32,000 bases of DNA from the NCBI RefSeq assembly GCF_014396165.1, contig NZ_CP060715.1:1350001-1382000 (forward strand), in the 5' to 3' direction. Below the pieces are notes generated by a model. That model worked only from the letters and a program-made list of their open reading frames with translations, was not told the origin of the DNA and made no database searches. The first letter of the stretch is position 1. Each line of letters begins with the position of its first letter. This document shows, in pieces, positions 31,786 through 32,000 of this stretch. The translations under genes were made by a program, and so were the position numbers. Origin of the DNA: Erysipelothrix inopinata (lineage in GTDB: Bacteria; Bacillota_I; Bacilli_A; Erysipelotrichales; Erysipelotrichaceae).

Positions 31786-32000
31786 TATATAATTGTAAGT
31801 TGTGTATTGATTATTAAGTTTGTTACGTACTTCACAAACGATGGTTTGAATATGAAGAAAGCGCATTCTTAAATGGGGTTTAGAGTGTTATTTATTTAAA
31901 TAATGATTATTTCTTTAACTTACACATTTCATACACAATTCTTACACATTTGTAAAAATACCAAATGATATTATGCATGTGTCAAGAAAAGAAAGAGTGG

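Noticed and set aside
31684-31872. 62-aa plus-strand ORF at the end of the ABC operon
   Set aside because: It overlaps the SBP 3' end and runs through the operon terminator hairpin. It is low-complexity and hydrophobic from AT-rich sequence, with no SD.
31971-31979. tgtcaagaa at the window edge matches the first 9 nt of the IS left inverted repeat
   Set aside because: Only 9 nt match before the sequences diverge, which is compatible with chance in AT-rich DNA. The window ends too soon to test for a second IS copy.

Overview
AT-rich chromosomal window from a low-GC Firmicute. By eye the 16S rRNA looks Erysipelotrichia/Erysipelothrix-like, which needs a database search to confirm. Most of the window is ordinary housekeeping. 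Left to right: (1) the 3' part of a very large wall-anchored surface protein made of 387-bp tandem repeats, broken by a 1-nt frameshift; (2) mgtA (minus strand) with a long leader; (3) HAD hydrolase, ald, a Zn-phospholipase-C-like gene and hpf; (4) sepF, divIVA, an Ile T-box, ileS, a TrmH-family methyltransferase and a GNAT; (5) an intact 1311-bp IS3-family element inserted exactly in the loop of a bidirectional terminator; (6) a minus-strand block of M32 carboxypeptidase, sodA and a HAD hydrolase; (7) a pgpA-like gene, an AAC(3)-like gene, a TPP riboswitch with thiT, and a DUF402 gene; (8) a tRNA-less 16S-23S-5S operon; (9) a CUT1-type ABC importer operon that unusually carries a cytoplasmic RNase J-like beta-CASP metallo-hydrolase between the permeases and the binding lipoprotein. 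I saw no CRISPR array, toxin-antitoxin pair, phage module or recognisable defence system. The most novel-looking candidates are the ABC importer plus beta-CASP hydrolase module, a Shine-Dalgarno-led 30-codon uORF in the mgtA leader, and the frameshifted repeat adhesin. All functional calls come from motif recognition by eye, with no searches run.
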